In this document: positions 19,330-28,532 of the stretch, one piece after another | How the letters are laid out: the number at the start of each line of letters is the position of its first letter | Numbering within the stretch: the first letter of the stretch is position 1 | From: Gaiellaceae bacterium | Lineage (GTDB): Bacteria; Actinomycetota; Thermoleophilia; Gaiellales; Gaiellaceae | DNA: 64,000 nucleotides | Reading direction: 5' to 3' | NCBI GenBank assembly: GCA_036526375.1 | Contig: DATCYP010000095.1 | Span: 2,133 to 66,132, forward strand | Position numbers and translations under genes: made by a program | Notes under the pieces: generated by a model | Databases searched by the model: none | The model's input: the letters and a program-made list of their open reading frames with translations, nothing else | Told to the model about the DNA's origin: nothing

Positions 19330-20124
19330 ATGGCGCGGCGGATCGCGGTCGCTGCGACCGCGCCGTTCGGGGCCGACGTGCTCGAGCGGCTGGCGGCGGA
19401 GCACGACGTCGTGCAGCTGTTCACGCGGCCGGACAAGCCCCGGGGGCGCGGCCGGAAGCTGGCTTCCCCGCCGGCGAAGGAGGTTGCGCAGCGGCTCGGG
19501 ATCCCGGTGGAGCAGCCCGCCAGGCTCGACTCGTCCGTCGGGATCGCGGCGCACACGGTCGTCGTCTGCGCCTACGGACTCCTGATCCCGAGCGCGCTGC
19601 TCGACCGCGCGCTGTGGCTCAACGTCCATCCCTCGCTGCTGCCGCGCTGGCGCGGCGCCGCTCCCGTCGAGCGCGCGCTCATGGCGGGGGACGAGGAGAC
19701 CGGCGTCACGATCCACCGCACGGTCGAGGCCCTCGACGCCGGGCCGGTCGCGGCCGTGCGTGCCTTTCCCGTCGCGCCCGAGGACGACGCCGGCGCGGTC
19801 TACGCGCGCTCGGCCGAGATCGCCGCCGAGCTCCTCGGGGACGTGCTCGCGCAGGACGACCCGCGCTTCGAGCCCCAGCCCGAGGAGGGCGCGACGTATG
19901 CCGAGAAGATCGGACCGGAGGATCGCGAGCTCGCTCCGGGCGCGCCGGCGCAGGAGCTCGTCAACCGCGTGCGCGCCCTGTCGCCGCACATCGGGGCGCG
20001 GCTCGGCGACCTGATCGTCTGGCGGGCACGTGTCTCGGGCGACGGCTCGTTCGAGCCGGTCGAGGTGCAGCCTGCGGGCGGCCGCCGCATGGCGTACGAC
20101 GCGTACCTCCGGGGACGCCGATGA
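19330..20124 (+). CDS. fmt: methionyl-tRNA formyltransferase
   Basis: NVHPSLLPRWRGAAPVERA motif, and position directly after def. Confidence 0.9.
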   Translation: MARRIAVAATAPFGADVLERLAAEHDVVQLFTRPDKPRGRGRKLASPPAKEVAQRLGIPVEQPARLDSSVGIAAHTVVVCAYGLLIPSALLDRALWLNVHPSLLPRWRGAAPVERALMAGDEETGVTIHRTVEALDAGPVAAVRAFPVAPEDDAGAVYARSAEIAAELLGDVLAQDDPRFEPQPEEGATYAEKIGPEDRELAPGAPAQELVNRVRALSPHIGARLGDLIVWRARVSGDGSFEPVEVQPAGGRRMAYDAYLRGRR

Positions 20125-20849
20125 CCTGGTGGTACGCGGTCGTCGAGGCCGAGCACGAGATCCAGAACCCGACGAGCGGGGAGAAGATCCGCCTGCTCGG
20201 AGAGCGGCTCGGGCTCGGGCCGGACTCGCACGTGCTCGACGTGGCCTCGGGAAAGGGCGGGCCTGCGCTCATCCTCGCCGAGACGTTCGGCTGCCGGCTG
20301 ACGTGCGTCGAGCGTGCCCCCGAGTTCGCGGCAGCGGCCCGCGAGCGCACCGCGGCAGCGGGCCTCGAAGACCGCGTCGAGATCGTCGAGGCGGACGCCG
20401 CGACCTACGAGCTCGGCAGCTACGACGCCGCCCTCTGCCTCGGGGCGAGCTTCGCTTACGGCGGTCTCGTGCCGACCCTCGAGCGGCTGCGCACCGCCGC
20501 GCCGCTCCTCGCTGTCGGAGAGCCGTACTGGCGCGAGTGGCCGCTGCCCGCGGCGGCGGCGAACGACGATCCGAAGCGCGTCGCGGAGGAGGCGTGGCTT
20601 CCGCTCGCCGAGACGATCGACCTGGCCGAGTCGACCGGTGTCCGCGTCGTCTCGCTCATCGCGTCGTCGGAGGACGACTGGGACCGCTACGAGTCACTCC
20701 ACTGGCAGGCGCTCGACGCGTGGCTGGCGGCGAACCCCGAGCATCCGGAGGCGGACGAGTTCCGCGGGCGCGGCGCCGCGTATCGCGCCCGGTATCTCGC
20801 CTGGCAGCGCGCCGTGCTCGGGTGGGCGATCTTCGTCTGTCGCGCGTGA
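20121..20849 (+). CDS. class I SAM-dependent methyltransferase
   Basis: VLDVASGKGGPA motif I. ATGA overlap with fmt and GTGA overlap with rsmB. Confidence 0.75.
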   Translation: MTWWYAVVEAEHEIQNPTSGEKIRLLGERLGLGPDSHVLDVASGKGGPALILAETFGCRLTCVERAPEFAAAARERTAAAGLEDRVEIVEADAATYELGSYDAALCLGASFAYGGLVPTLERLRTAAPLLAVGEPYWREWPLPAAAANDDPKRVAEEAWLPLAETIDLAESTGVRVVSLIASSEDDWDRYESLHWQALDAWLAANPEHPEADEFRGRGAAYRARYLAWQRAVLGWAIFVCRA

Positions 20850-22066
20850 GCGTCTCGCGTGCCAGGCGCGCGGCGTACGAGGTGCTACTCCGCGTGTTCG
20901 AGCAGTCCGCCTACGCGGACCGGGCGTTCCGCAGCGCCGCCGACGGCCTCGACGAGCGCGAGCGCGCGTTCGCCCAGCGCCTCGCGTACGGCTCGGTCCA
21001 GCGCGTGCGGACGCTCGACCATGCGATCGAGAAGCTCGGCCGGCGGCCGGTGCGGAAGCTCGACCCGCCGGTGCGCGCGGCGCTTCGACTCGGCGCGTAC
21101 CAGCTCGGGTACACCGAAACCGCTCCGCACGCAGCCGTGAACGAGTCGGTCGAGCTCGTCCGCCGGGCCCGTCTCGAGCGCGCCGTCCCGTTCACGAACG
21201 CCGTCCTGAGGCGGCTCGGCGACGGGATCCGTCCCCTCCTCGAGTCGCTCCCGGACGGGCCGCTGAAGGAGTCGTACCCCGACTGGATCCACGACGTCTT
21301 CGTGCGTGTGCTCGGCGAGGAGGGTGCGCTCGCACTCATGCGCACGATGAACGAGCCGCTCGAGACGGTGGTGCGGCTCGTGCGCGGCGACGCGCCGCCC
21401 GGTGCCGAGCCGACGGACGTCCCGGGCGCCTACCGCGTCGAGCGCGTCGACGAGGCGCTCGTGGCCGAGGGACGGATCTGGCCGCAGAGTCGCGGCTCCC
21501 AGCTCGCCGGCCTCTGCGTCGGCGAGCAGGACGGCGAGCGTGTGCTCGATCTCTGCGCGGCGCCCGGCGGCAAGACCGGGCAGCTGCGCGGCGCGGTGGC
21601 GGCGGTGGAGATCGATCCCGCCCGCGCACGCGAGCTGCGGGAGAACCTCGCGGCGACGGGCCGCGACGACGTGACGGTCGTCGAGGCGGACGCGACCAAC
21701 CTCCCGCCGGAGCTCGACGGCTTCGACCGGGCGCTCGTCGATGCGCCGTGCTCGGGTCTCGGCGTCCTGGCCCAGCGGCCCGACCTGCGCTGGCGGGCGA
21801 CCGCCCTGCCGGAGCTCCAGCTCGCGCTCCTCCGCTCCGCCGCCGGGCGGGTGCGCCCCGGCGGCACGATCGTCTACTCCGTCTGCACGCTCAACCCCGA
21901 CGAGTGCGAGGCGATCGTCGACGCGAGCGGTCTGCGCGTCCTGCCGCTCGGGGAGGAGTGGCCGGCCTTCGCGCACCCGTTGCGGCCGGAGTTCCTCCTC
22001 ACCCTGCCGCACGTGCACGGCACGAGCGGGTTCTTCGTCGCCCGTCTCGTACGATCGCCGGGATGA
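20846..22066 (+). CDS. rsmB: 16S rRNA (cytosine967-C5)-methyltransferase RsmB/Sun
   Basis: NusB-like N-terminus, DLCAAPGGKT, DAPCSGLGV and YSVCT motifs. Confidence 0.9.
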   Translation: MSVSRARRAAYEVLLRVFEQSAYADRAFRSAADGLDERERAFAQRLAYGSVQRVRTLDHAIEKLGRRPVRKLDPPVRAALRLGAYQLGYTETAPHAAVNESVELVRRARLERAVPFTNAVLRRLGDGIRPLLESLPDGPLKESYPDWIHDVFVRVLGEEGALALMRTMNEPLETVVRLVRGDAPPGAEPTDVPGAYRVERVDEALVAEGRIWPQSRGSQLAGLCVGEQDGERVLDLCAAPGGKTGQLRGAVAAVEIDPARARELRENLAATGRDDVTVVEADATNLPPELDGFDRALVDAPCSGLGVLAQRPDLRWRATALPELQLALLRSAAGRVRPGGTIVYSVCTLNPDECEAIVDASGLRVLPLGEEWPAFAHPLRPEFLLTLPHVHGTSGFFVARLVRSPG

Positions 22067-22740
22067 GCTGGCCGGAGTGGGTGCGGAACGTCGAGGTCGA
22101 GCCGTCGCTCTACGCGGCGGATTTCGCGCGCCTCGGCGAGCAGGTCGACGTGCTTCTCCGCGGCGGCTGCCGCATCTTCCACTTCGACGTCGGCGACGGC
22201 CACTTCGTGGAGCCGATCACCATCGGGCCGGTCGTCCTGGAGTCCATCGCGCCGCTCGTGCACGAGGCGGGCGGCGTCCTCGACTGCCATCTGATGGTCG
22301 ACAATCCTCTGCGCCACTTCCCGCAGATCGCGCGCGCCGGCGGGGACAGCGCCACGTTCCACTACGAGGTCGTCGACGACGTGCCCACCACGATCGACGC
22401 CGCCCGCGAGCACGGACTCCAGGTCGGCGTCGCCTTCAACCCCGAGAGCGAGCCGGAGGACGTGGCCGCGGTCGCAGTGGATGCCGACCTCGTCCTCTGC
22501 ATGAGCATCCACCCGGGCTACAGCGGCCAGAAGTTCATGCCCGAGGCGGTCGACCGGATCGGGCGGCTGCGCGCGGCGCTGCCCGAACACGTCCACGTGC
22601 AGGTCGACGGTGGGATCGACGACGAGACGATCCGCGAGGCGCACGCCGCCGGCGCGACCCTCCTCGTCGCCGGCTCGGCGATCTTCGGACGCGAGGACCC
22701 GGCACAGGCCTACCGCGGTCTTCTCCGGGCGATCGAGTGA
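22063..22740 (+). CDS. rpe: ribulose-phosphate 3-epimerase
   Basis: FHFDVGDGHFV, DCHLMV and VDGGI motifs. Confidence 0.9.
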   Translation: MSWPEWVRNVEVEPSLYAADFARLGEQVDVLLRGGCRIFHFDVGDGHFVEPITIGPVVLESIAPLVHEAGGVLDCHLMVDNPLRHFPQIARAGGDSATFHYEVVDDVPTTIDAAREHGLQVGVAFNPESEPEDVAAVAVDADLVLCMSIHPGYSGQKFMPEAVDRIGRLRAALPEHVHVQVDGGIDDETIREAHAAGATLLVAGSAIFGREDPAQAYRGLLRAIE

Positions 22741-23681
22741 ACCACTTCGCGCGCGCTCTCGAGCTTGCGGAGCGCGGACGGGACAGGACCCGCGACCATC
22801 CTCTCGTCGGCGCGGTCGTGGTGCGCGACGGCGGGGTCGTGGGGGAGGGCTGGTACGAGTACGACGGAGTCCGGCATGCGGAGGCGATCGCGCTCGAGCA
22901 GGCCGGCGACGCGGCCCGCGGCGCGACCCTCTTCGTCACGCTCGAGCCGTGCTCCCACCACGGCCGGACGCCTCCCTGCGCCGACGCGGTCGTCGCCGCC
23001 GGGGTCGCCCGCGTCGTCGTCGGCGCACGCGACCCGAATCCGGTCGTCGACGGCCGCGGGCTCGAGCGTCTCCGTGCGGCCGGGATCGAGGTGGAGCTCC
23101 TCGACGACCTGGCCGCGCGCCGGCAGAACGAGGCGTGGCGCGTCTGGAAGGCCCTCGGCCGCCCGTTCGTCACCTACAAGGCGGCGGTCACGCTCGACGG
23201 CCGCGTCGCGGTCCCCGGCCGCCGCTGGGTCTCCGGCGAGGAGTCGAGGCGCCGCGTGCACGAGCTGCGCGCCGCTTCGGACGCGATCGCCGTCGGGATG
23301 GGGACGGTGCGCGCGGACTCGCCGCGGCTCGACGCGCGCGAGGTCGGCGCGGCGCGGCAGCCCCGGCGGCTGGCCTTCGGACGCGGTCCGTTGCCGGAGG
23401 GCTCGGACCTCGAGCTGCGCGGCGGATCGCTGGAGGAGGAGCTGCGGGCGCTCGCGGCCGAAGGGGTCCGGTCGCTGCTGCTCGAGGGAGGGCCGACGCT
23501 TGCGACCGCGTTCCTCGCCGCCGGCCTGGTGGACAAGCTGCTGTTCTTCGTCGCCCCGGTCCTCGCCGGCGAGGGGCCGCACGCGCTCGGCGATCTCGAC
23601 ACCCGGCGCGAGCTCCTCCACCTGCACGCCGAGCCCTCCGGCGAGGACATCCTGTTGGAGGCGTACCTGCACGAGCCGTAA
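22737..23681 (+). CDS. ribD: bifunctional riboflavin deaminase/reductase
   Basis: HAEAIAL, TLEPCSHHGRTPPC, KAAVTLDGR motifs. Confidence 0.9.
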   Translation: MNHFARALELAERGRDRTRDHPLVGAVVVRDGGVVGEGWYEYDGVRHAEAIALEQAGDAARGATLFVTLEPCSHHGRTPPCADAVVAAGVARVVVGARDPNPVVDGRGLERLRAAGIEVELLDDLAARRQNEAWRVWKALGRPFVTYKAAVTLDGRVAVPGRRWVSGEESRRRVHELRAASDAIAVGMGTVRADSPRLDAREVGAARQPRRLAFGRGPLPEGSDLELRGGSLEEELRALAAEGVRSLLLEGGPTLATAFLAAGLVDKLLFFVAPVLAGEGPHALGDLDTRRELLHLHAEPSGEDILLEAYLHEP

Positions 23682-23684
23682 CCT
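23679..23684 (+). promoter_or_regulatory. -10-like TANNNT box (TAACCT) built on the ribD stop codon
   Basis: The ribD TAA plus CCT lies 7 nt before ATG 23692. Confidence 0.3.
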
Positions 23685-23691
23685 GTGACGC

Positions 23692-24276
23692 ATGTTCACG
23701 GGCATCGTCCGCGAGGTCGGAACCGTCGCCGCGTTCGACGGCTCCCGGCTCGTCGTCGCGGCGACCGCGACGGCCGAGGGCGCGACGGTCGGCGACTCGG
23801 TGTCCGTCGCGGGTGTCTGCCTCACCGTCGTGGAGACGAACGGCTCCCGGCTCGCGTTCGACGTGGTTCCGGAGACGCTCTCGCGGACGGCGCTCGGCGG
23901 CCTCGAGCAAGGCGGCTCGGTGAACCTCGAGCCGTCGCTCCGCGTGGGCGACCAGCTCGGCGGCCACGTCGTGCAGGGCCACGTCGACGCCGTCGGCCGC
24001 GTCCGCTCCGTGACCCCGGAGGGAGACGGCCGCCGCGTGTGGATCGACGCGCCCGAACAGGTTCTCGGCTACTGCATCGAGAAGGGCTCGGTGGCACTCG
24101 ACGGCGTCTCGCTCACGGTCGCCGCGCTCGACGACGAGGGGCTCGAGGTCGCGCTGATCCCGCACACGCTCGCGGTGACGACCCTCGGCCGGCTCGAGCC
24201 CGGCGACGAGGTCAACCTCGAGGCCGACGTGCTCGGGAAGGTCGTCGAGCGCCTGGTCGCGGGGAGGCTGCGGTGA
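23692..24276 (+). CDS. ribE: riboflavin synthase (alpha chain; B. subtilis naming)
   Basis: MFTGIVREVG..., duplicated GVCLTV/GVSLTV barrel motifs. Confidence 0.95.
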   Translation: MFTGIVREVGTVAAFDGSRLVVAATATAEGATVGDSVSVAGVCLTVVETNGSRLAFDVVPETLSRTALGGLEQGGSVNLEPSLRVGDQLGGHVVQGHVDAVGRVRSVTPEGDGRRVWIDAPEQVLGYCIEKGSVALDGVSLTVAALDDEGLEVALIPHTLAVTTLGRLEPGDEVNLEADVLGKVVERLVAGRLR

Positions 24277-25511
24277 GCTCGGCCGTCACGCCGTTCGCCT
24301 CGATCGAGGAGGCCGTCGAGGACATCCGGAACGGGAAGATGGTGGTCGTCGTCGACGATCCCGAGCGTGAGAACGAAGGGGATCTCGTCGTCGCCGCCCG
24401 GTTCGCGACGCCCGAGGCAGTCAACTTCATGGCGACGCACGCGCGTGGGCTGATCTGCCTCTGCCTGACCGGCGAGCGCTGCGAGCAGCTCGGTCTGCCG
24501 CAGATGACGCAGCGGAACGAGGCGCGTCTCGGCACCGCCTTCACCGTCTCGGTCGAAGCCCGCGAGGGCGTGACCACCGGGATCTCGGCGGCGGACCGCG
24601 CGCACACGATCCACGTCGCGATCGACCCGGCCTCGACGCCGCACGACCTCGTCCAGCCCGGCCACGTCTTCCCGCTGCGCGCCCGCGACGGCGGCGTCCT
24701 GGTCCGCGCCGGCCAGACGGAGGCGGCCGTCGACCTCGCCCGCCTCGCCGGTCTCGTTCCGGCCGGCGTGGTCTGCGAGATCATGAACGAGGACGGGACG
24801 ATGGCCCGCGTCCCCGACCTCGTCCCGTACTGCGAGCGGCACGGACTGCGGATGATCACCGTCGCCGACCTGATCGAGTACCGGCGCCGGACGGAGAAGC
24901 TCGTCGAGCGCGTCGTCACGGTCCAGCTGCCGACGGAGTTCGGGCTCTTCAGCGCGACCGCCTTCCGCGAGACGCTCACCGGGCGCGAGCACGTCGCCCT
25001 CGTCATGGGCGAGATCGACGAGGACGTGCTCGTCCGCGTCCACTCCGAGTGCCTCACCGGCGACGTCTTCCACTCGCTCCGCTGCGACTGCGGCGAGCAG
25101 CTCGAGGCGGCGCTCGCCGCGATCGCCGCCGAGGGGCGCGGCGTTCTCCTCTACATGGCGCAGGAGGGGCGCGGCATCGGGCTCCTCAACAAGCTCAAGG
25201 CATACGAGCTACAGGAGCAGGGACTCGACACGGTCGACGCGAACCTCGCGCTCGGCTTCGCCGCGGACGAGCGCGAGTGGGGGATCGGCAACCAGATCCT
25301 CGCCGAGCTCGGCATCACGACCATGCGGCTGCTGACGAACAACCCGAAGAAGGTCTCCGGCGTCGAGGCGTACGGACTGAGGGTGACCGAGCAGGTGCCG
25401 ATCGAGATGCCGCCCCGTCCCGAAAACGTTCGCTATCTGGCCGCCAAGCGGGATAAGCTCGGGCACAAGTTGCACCACCAGGATCTCAAGTTCGAGTCGG
25501 AGGGCGAATGA
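24273..25511 (+). CDS. ribBA: bifunctional 3,4-dihydroxy-2-butanone-4-phosphate synthase / GTP cyclohydrolase II
   Basis: ENEGDLV, RVHSECLTGDVF and CDCG motifs. Confidence 0.95.
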   Translation: MSSAVTPFASIEEAVEDIRNGKMVVVVDDPERENEGDLVVAARFATPEAVNFMATHARGLICLCLTGERCEQLGLPQMTQRNEARLGTAFTVSVEAREGVTTGISAADRAHTIHVAIDPASTPHDLVQPGHVFPLRARDGGVLVRAGQTEAAVDLARLAGLVPAGVVCEIMNEDGTMARVPDLVPYCERHGLRMITVADLIEYRRRTEKLVERVVTVQLPTEFGLFSATAFRETLTGREHVALVMGEIDEDVLVRVHSECLTGDVFHSLRCDCGEQLEAALAAIAAEGRGVLLYMAQEGRGIGLLNKLKAYELQEQGLDTVDANLALGFAADEREWGIGNQILAELGITTMRLLTNNPKKVSGVEAYGLRVTEQVPIEMPPRPENVRYLAAKRDKLGHKLHHQDLKFESEGE

Positions 25512-26230
25512 GCACGACAGGAGGGTTCTGGCCGGGCGAAGCGCACCCGGCTGTCGAGGAGGAGGACGCACAGGAGCCGGCCGCGGCCGCCGAGGTCCCC
25601 GGGTGGCCGCAGCCACACGAGGAGGCGCCGGAGGCCGACGCCGACGCTCAGCCTGCGGCCGCAGCGGTGACCGAGGAGGAGTCGGAGCCGGAAGCCGAGG
25701 AGGAGGTGCCGGAGGTCGAGCCTGCGGGACACGCTCCCGGCGAGCTCGACGTCCCCGACGGCATCGCCGTCCTCGAGGGCTCCCCGTCCGGCGCGGACCG
25801 CACGGTCGGCATCGTCGTCTCGCGCTTCAACGGCGAGATCTCGAACCGGCTCCTCGAGTCGGCGCTCGAGGCCCTCGGCGCGGCCGGCGTCTCCGAGGAG
25901 AGGATCACCGTGATGCCCGTGCCCGGCGCGTTCGAGCTGCCGATCGGCGCGATGGCGCTGGCGAAGACGCGCCGCTACTCGTGCGTCGTGGCCCTCGGCT
26001 GCGTCGTCCGGGGCGAGACCGCGCACTTCGACTACGTCGCGGGCGAGGCGGCGTCGGGGCTCCAGCTCGCCGGCCTCGAGACGGGCGTGCCTGTCGCGTT
26101 CGGCGTGCTCACGGTGGACACCGCCGAGCAGGCCGAGGAGCGCGTCGAGAAGGGCGCGGACGCGGCGCGCGCGGCGCTCGAGATGGCAGACCTCTTCTCG
26201 CAGGTACGGCAGCAGGCAAAGAGCGGCTAG
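25508..26230 (+). CDS. ribH: 6,7-dimethyl-8-ribityllumazine synthase with ~85-aa acidic N-terminal extension
   Basis: Core is GIVVSRFNGEIS...VPGAFELP...HFDYV. ATGA overlap with ribBA. No ATG/GTG/TTG in the 25 codons before the core. Confidence 0.85.
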   Translation: MSTTGGFWPGEAHPAVEEEDAQEPAAAAEVPGWPQPHEEAPEADADAQPAAAAVTEEESEPEAEEEVPEVEPAGHAPGELDVPDGIAVLEGSPSGADRTVGIVVSRFNGEISNRLLESALEALGAAGVSEERITVMPVPGAFELPIGAMALAKTRRYSCVVALGCVVRGETAHFDYVAGEAASGLQLAGLETGVPVAFGVLTVDTAEQAEERVEKGADAARAALEMADLFSQVRQQAKSG

Positions 26231-26245
26231 GCGTCAGTCCTCGGC

Positions 26246-26251
26246 TATCCT
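26246..26251 (+). promoter_or_regulatory. -10-like TANNNT box (TATCCT) for rpmB
   Basis: Lies 9 nt before ATG 26261. Confidence 0.4.
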
Positions 26252-26260
26252 GGGCCGCCG

Positions 26261-26452
26261 ATGTCCAAGGTCTGCGCGATCTGCGGCAAGAAGCCCGGCT
26301 TCGGCAACCACCGCAGCCACTCGATGGTGGCGACGAAGCGGCGCTTCGAACCGAACCTGCAGCGCGTCCGCGTCCTGCTCGGCGGGAAGGCGACGCGGGC
26401 GTACGTCTGCACGCGCTGCCTCAAGGCCGGCAAGGTCCAGAAAGCGCTCTAG
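26261..26452 (+). CDS. rpmB: 50S ribosomal protein L28
   Basis: [21 protein letters not shown]...; 63 aa. Confidence 0.95.
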   Translation: MSKVCAICGKKPGFGNHRSHSMVATKRRFEPNLQRVRVLLGGKATRAYVCTRCLKAGKVQKAL

Positions 26453-26454
26453 AG

Positions 26455-27039
26455 CTAGCGCGGCTCGCGCCACATCGGCCGGACGCGCACGTCGTCGAGA
26501 ATCTCGACCTCCTCCCGCGGCTCAAAGCCGAGGCGCGCGTAGAGCCGGGCGTTGTCCTCGGTCGAGGCCTCGAGGTACGCGGGAACCCGCGCCTCGTCGC
26601 ACTGCCGTAGCACCGGCTCGAGCAGCACGGTTCCGCGACCGCCGCCCCTCGCCTCGGGGACGACAGCGACGGCGAAGAGGTACCAGTGCGGGTCCCGAGG
26701 GTGCACCCGCGCCAGCCGGTTGACCTCACGTGTCGCGCGCAGGAACTGACGCGGGAAGAGGCGCAGGTAGTGCGGGAGGAGCCGGAGCTGCGCCGAGAGC
26801 GGCTCCGGATAGCCTCCCGGCCGCCGCCAGATCGCCGCGCCCAGCCGGTCGTCGTCGAGCCACACCTCGCCGTAGCCGGCGAATGCGAGCCGGCACTCGA
26901 GCTCGAAGTAGCGGGCCAGCCGGGCCGCGTCCACCGGCTCCTCGCCGAAGAACGCCGTCAACACGGGGTCACGGACGAACGCGCGGCCGAGGATCTCTGC
27001 GGCGACGCCGCCCTCGGTCCCGGTCGCGAGTCGCGCCAC
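26455..27039 (-). CDS. GNAT family N-acetyltransferase
   Basis: 194 aa. ARGGGRGTVLL and NARLYARLGF motifs. Confidence 0.75.
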   Translation of the reverse strand: MARLATGTEGGVAAEILGRAFVRDPVLTAFFGEEPVDAARLARYFELECRLAFAGYGEVWLDDDRLGAAIWRRPGGYPEPLSAQLRLLPHYLRLFPRQFLRATREVNRLARVHPRDPHWYLFAVAVVPEARGGGRGTVLLEPVLRQCDEARVPAYLEASTEDNARLYARLGFEPREEVEILDDVRVRPMWREPR

Positions 27040-27044
27040 CGGCG

Positions 27045-27497
27045 TCAGCCGTCTTGCGGGACGTCGTAGATGAACCAGAGCCGCTCACCGGTCTGGGACG
27101 CCGTCGGCGCCTGCGCGGTGATCTGGCCGAGCTCCGGGTACTCGCAAACCTCCGGCATCTCCCGGTGTCGAGACGAGGCCATGAGGTAGCGGCACGTCTC
27201 GTCGCCGTCGTTGCGGAAGCCGTGCGCGCCGGCCGGGCCGACGGGGAACACCACGACCTCGCCGCGCCGCACGAGCCGCTCGCCCCGATCGGTCTTCAGC
27301 GTCATCTCGCCGTCGAGCACGAAGAGCATCTCCTCGGAGGCATGGTGGAAGTGGTACACGCAGAAGTTGCCGGGGCCGAGCTCGTAGACGGTCGCGCCGA
27401 GCTTCTCGCCGCGAGGTAACCGCTTCGCCTTCGCGCCGCCACCCGACCAGTCCTCGCCCTCGTCCCACTCGTCCGTCCAGATGTTGTCGTCGCTCAT
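27045..27497 (-). CDS. cupin domain-containing protein
   Basis: HFHHASEEMLFVLDGE...GAHGFRN cupin motifs; 150 aa. Confidence 0.8.
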   Translation of the reverse strand: MSDDNIWTDEWDEGEDWSGGGAKAKRLPRGEKLGATVYELGPGNFCVYHFHHASEEMLFVLDGEMTLKTDRGERLVRRGEVVVFPVGPAGAHGFRNDGDETCRYLMASSRHREMPEVCEYPELGQITAQAPTASQTGERLWFIYDVPQDG

Positions 27498-27522
27498 GCG
27501 CGGATTCTGTTACATCGCGGCG

Positions 27523-28155
27523 ATGGCGCTCGTCTTCCTGCACGGGCTCGGCACGGGGCCGGAGGCGTGGGAGTCCCAGCTCGCGGCACTCGGCAGCGGT
27601 CGCCGGGCGATCGCGCCGAGGCTGTTGCTCGACGGCGGGTTCACGATCGAGCGCGAAGCGGATCGAATCCTCCGCGAGCTGCTGACAGAGCCGCTCGACC
27701 TCTGCGGACTCTCGCTCGGAGCGCTCGTCGCGCTGCGGATGGCCCTCGAGGAGCCCGACCGAGTGCGCCGTCTCGTTCTCTGCGCCGGCTTCGCGTCGCT
27801 GCCGCTCCGCTTCCGCGTCCTGCAGGCCGCAGTCGGGACGATCGCGGCGCTCGTCCCGGCCGGCGCCCGCGGCGAGCTCGGTCACCTCGACGCGGCGGCG
27901 ATCCGCTCAGTCTTCAGGGCGGGGCGCCGCTTCGACGTCTCTGCCGAGCTCGGCCGCCTGACGATGCCCGCACTCGTCCTCGTGGGCGAGCGGGATCGCG
28001 CGAACCTCGGACTGTCGAAGGCGCTGGCTGCCGCTCTGCCCGACGCGCGGCTCGAGGTCGTCCCCGGCGCCGGCCATGTCGCCAGCACCGAGGCGCCCGA
28101 GTGGTTCAACGAGACGGTGGCCTCGTTCCTCGGCGCCGCCGGTTCGCAACCGTAG
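27523..28155 (+). CDS. alpha/beta hydrolase
   Basis: MALVFLHGLGTG..., GLSLGA nucleophile elbow, AGH near the C-terminus. ATG 27523 inside ORF 27481..28155. Confidence 0.75.
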   Translation: MALVFLHGLGTGPEAWESQLAALGSGRRAIAPRLLLDGGFTIEREADRILRELLTEPLDLCGLSLGALVALRMALEEPDRVRRLVLCAGFASLPLRFRVLQAAVGTIAALVPAGARGELGHLDAAAIRSVFRAGRRFDVSAELGRLTMPALVLVGERDRANLGLSKALAAALPDARLEVVPGAGHVASTEAPEWFNETVASFLGAAGSQP

Positions 28156-28181
28156 GCCGCAGGCGGCGGTCCAACCGATCG

Positions 28182-28532
28182 ATGGAAGCGGGGCACGCGC
28201 TCTCCTCGCAGTTGGGGCGGATCACGATCGCGAGCGACGCGATTGCACAGATCGTCGGCGAGACGGCGCTCGAGTGCTACGGCGTCGTCGGGATGAAGGG
28301 CTCCCTGCGCGGGCAGCTCGCCCGGGCGCGCGGACGCCCGCGGGGGATCGAGATCGGCCGCGAGGACGGAGAGGTGACGATCGACCTGCACGTCGTCGTG
28401 GAGTACGGCCTCAATCTCGCCGAGGTCGCCTCGAGCGTGAGCAACCGCGTCGCCTACGAGGTGGAGCGGCTCACCGGGCTCTCGGTGCGCGCGGTGGAGG
28501 TGCACGTCGACGACGTACGCACCGGGAAGTGA
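28182..28532 (+). CDS. Asp23/Gls24 family envelope stress protein (YloU-like)
   Basis: ITIASDAIAQIVGETALECYGVVGM...VDDV; precedes the DAK2 gene as in Firmicutes yloU-yloV. Confidence 0.85.
   Translation: MEAGHALSSQLGRITIASDAIAQIVGETALECYGVVGMKGSLRGQLARARGRPRGIEIGREDGEVTIDLHVVVEYGLNLAEVASSVSNRVAYEVERLTGLSVRAVEVHVDDVRTGK

Noticed and set aside
22700-23691. FMN riboswitch ahead of the riboflavin genes
   Set aside because: ribD overlaps rpe by 4 nt and ribE follows ribD after 10 nt, so there is no room for a ~130-nt aptamer.
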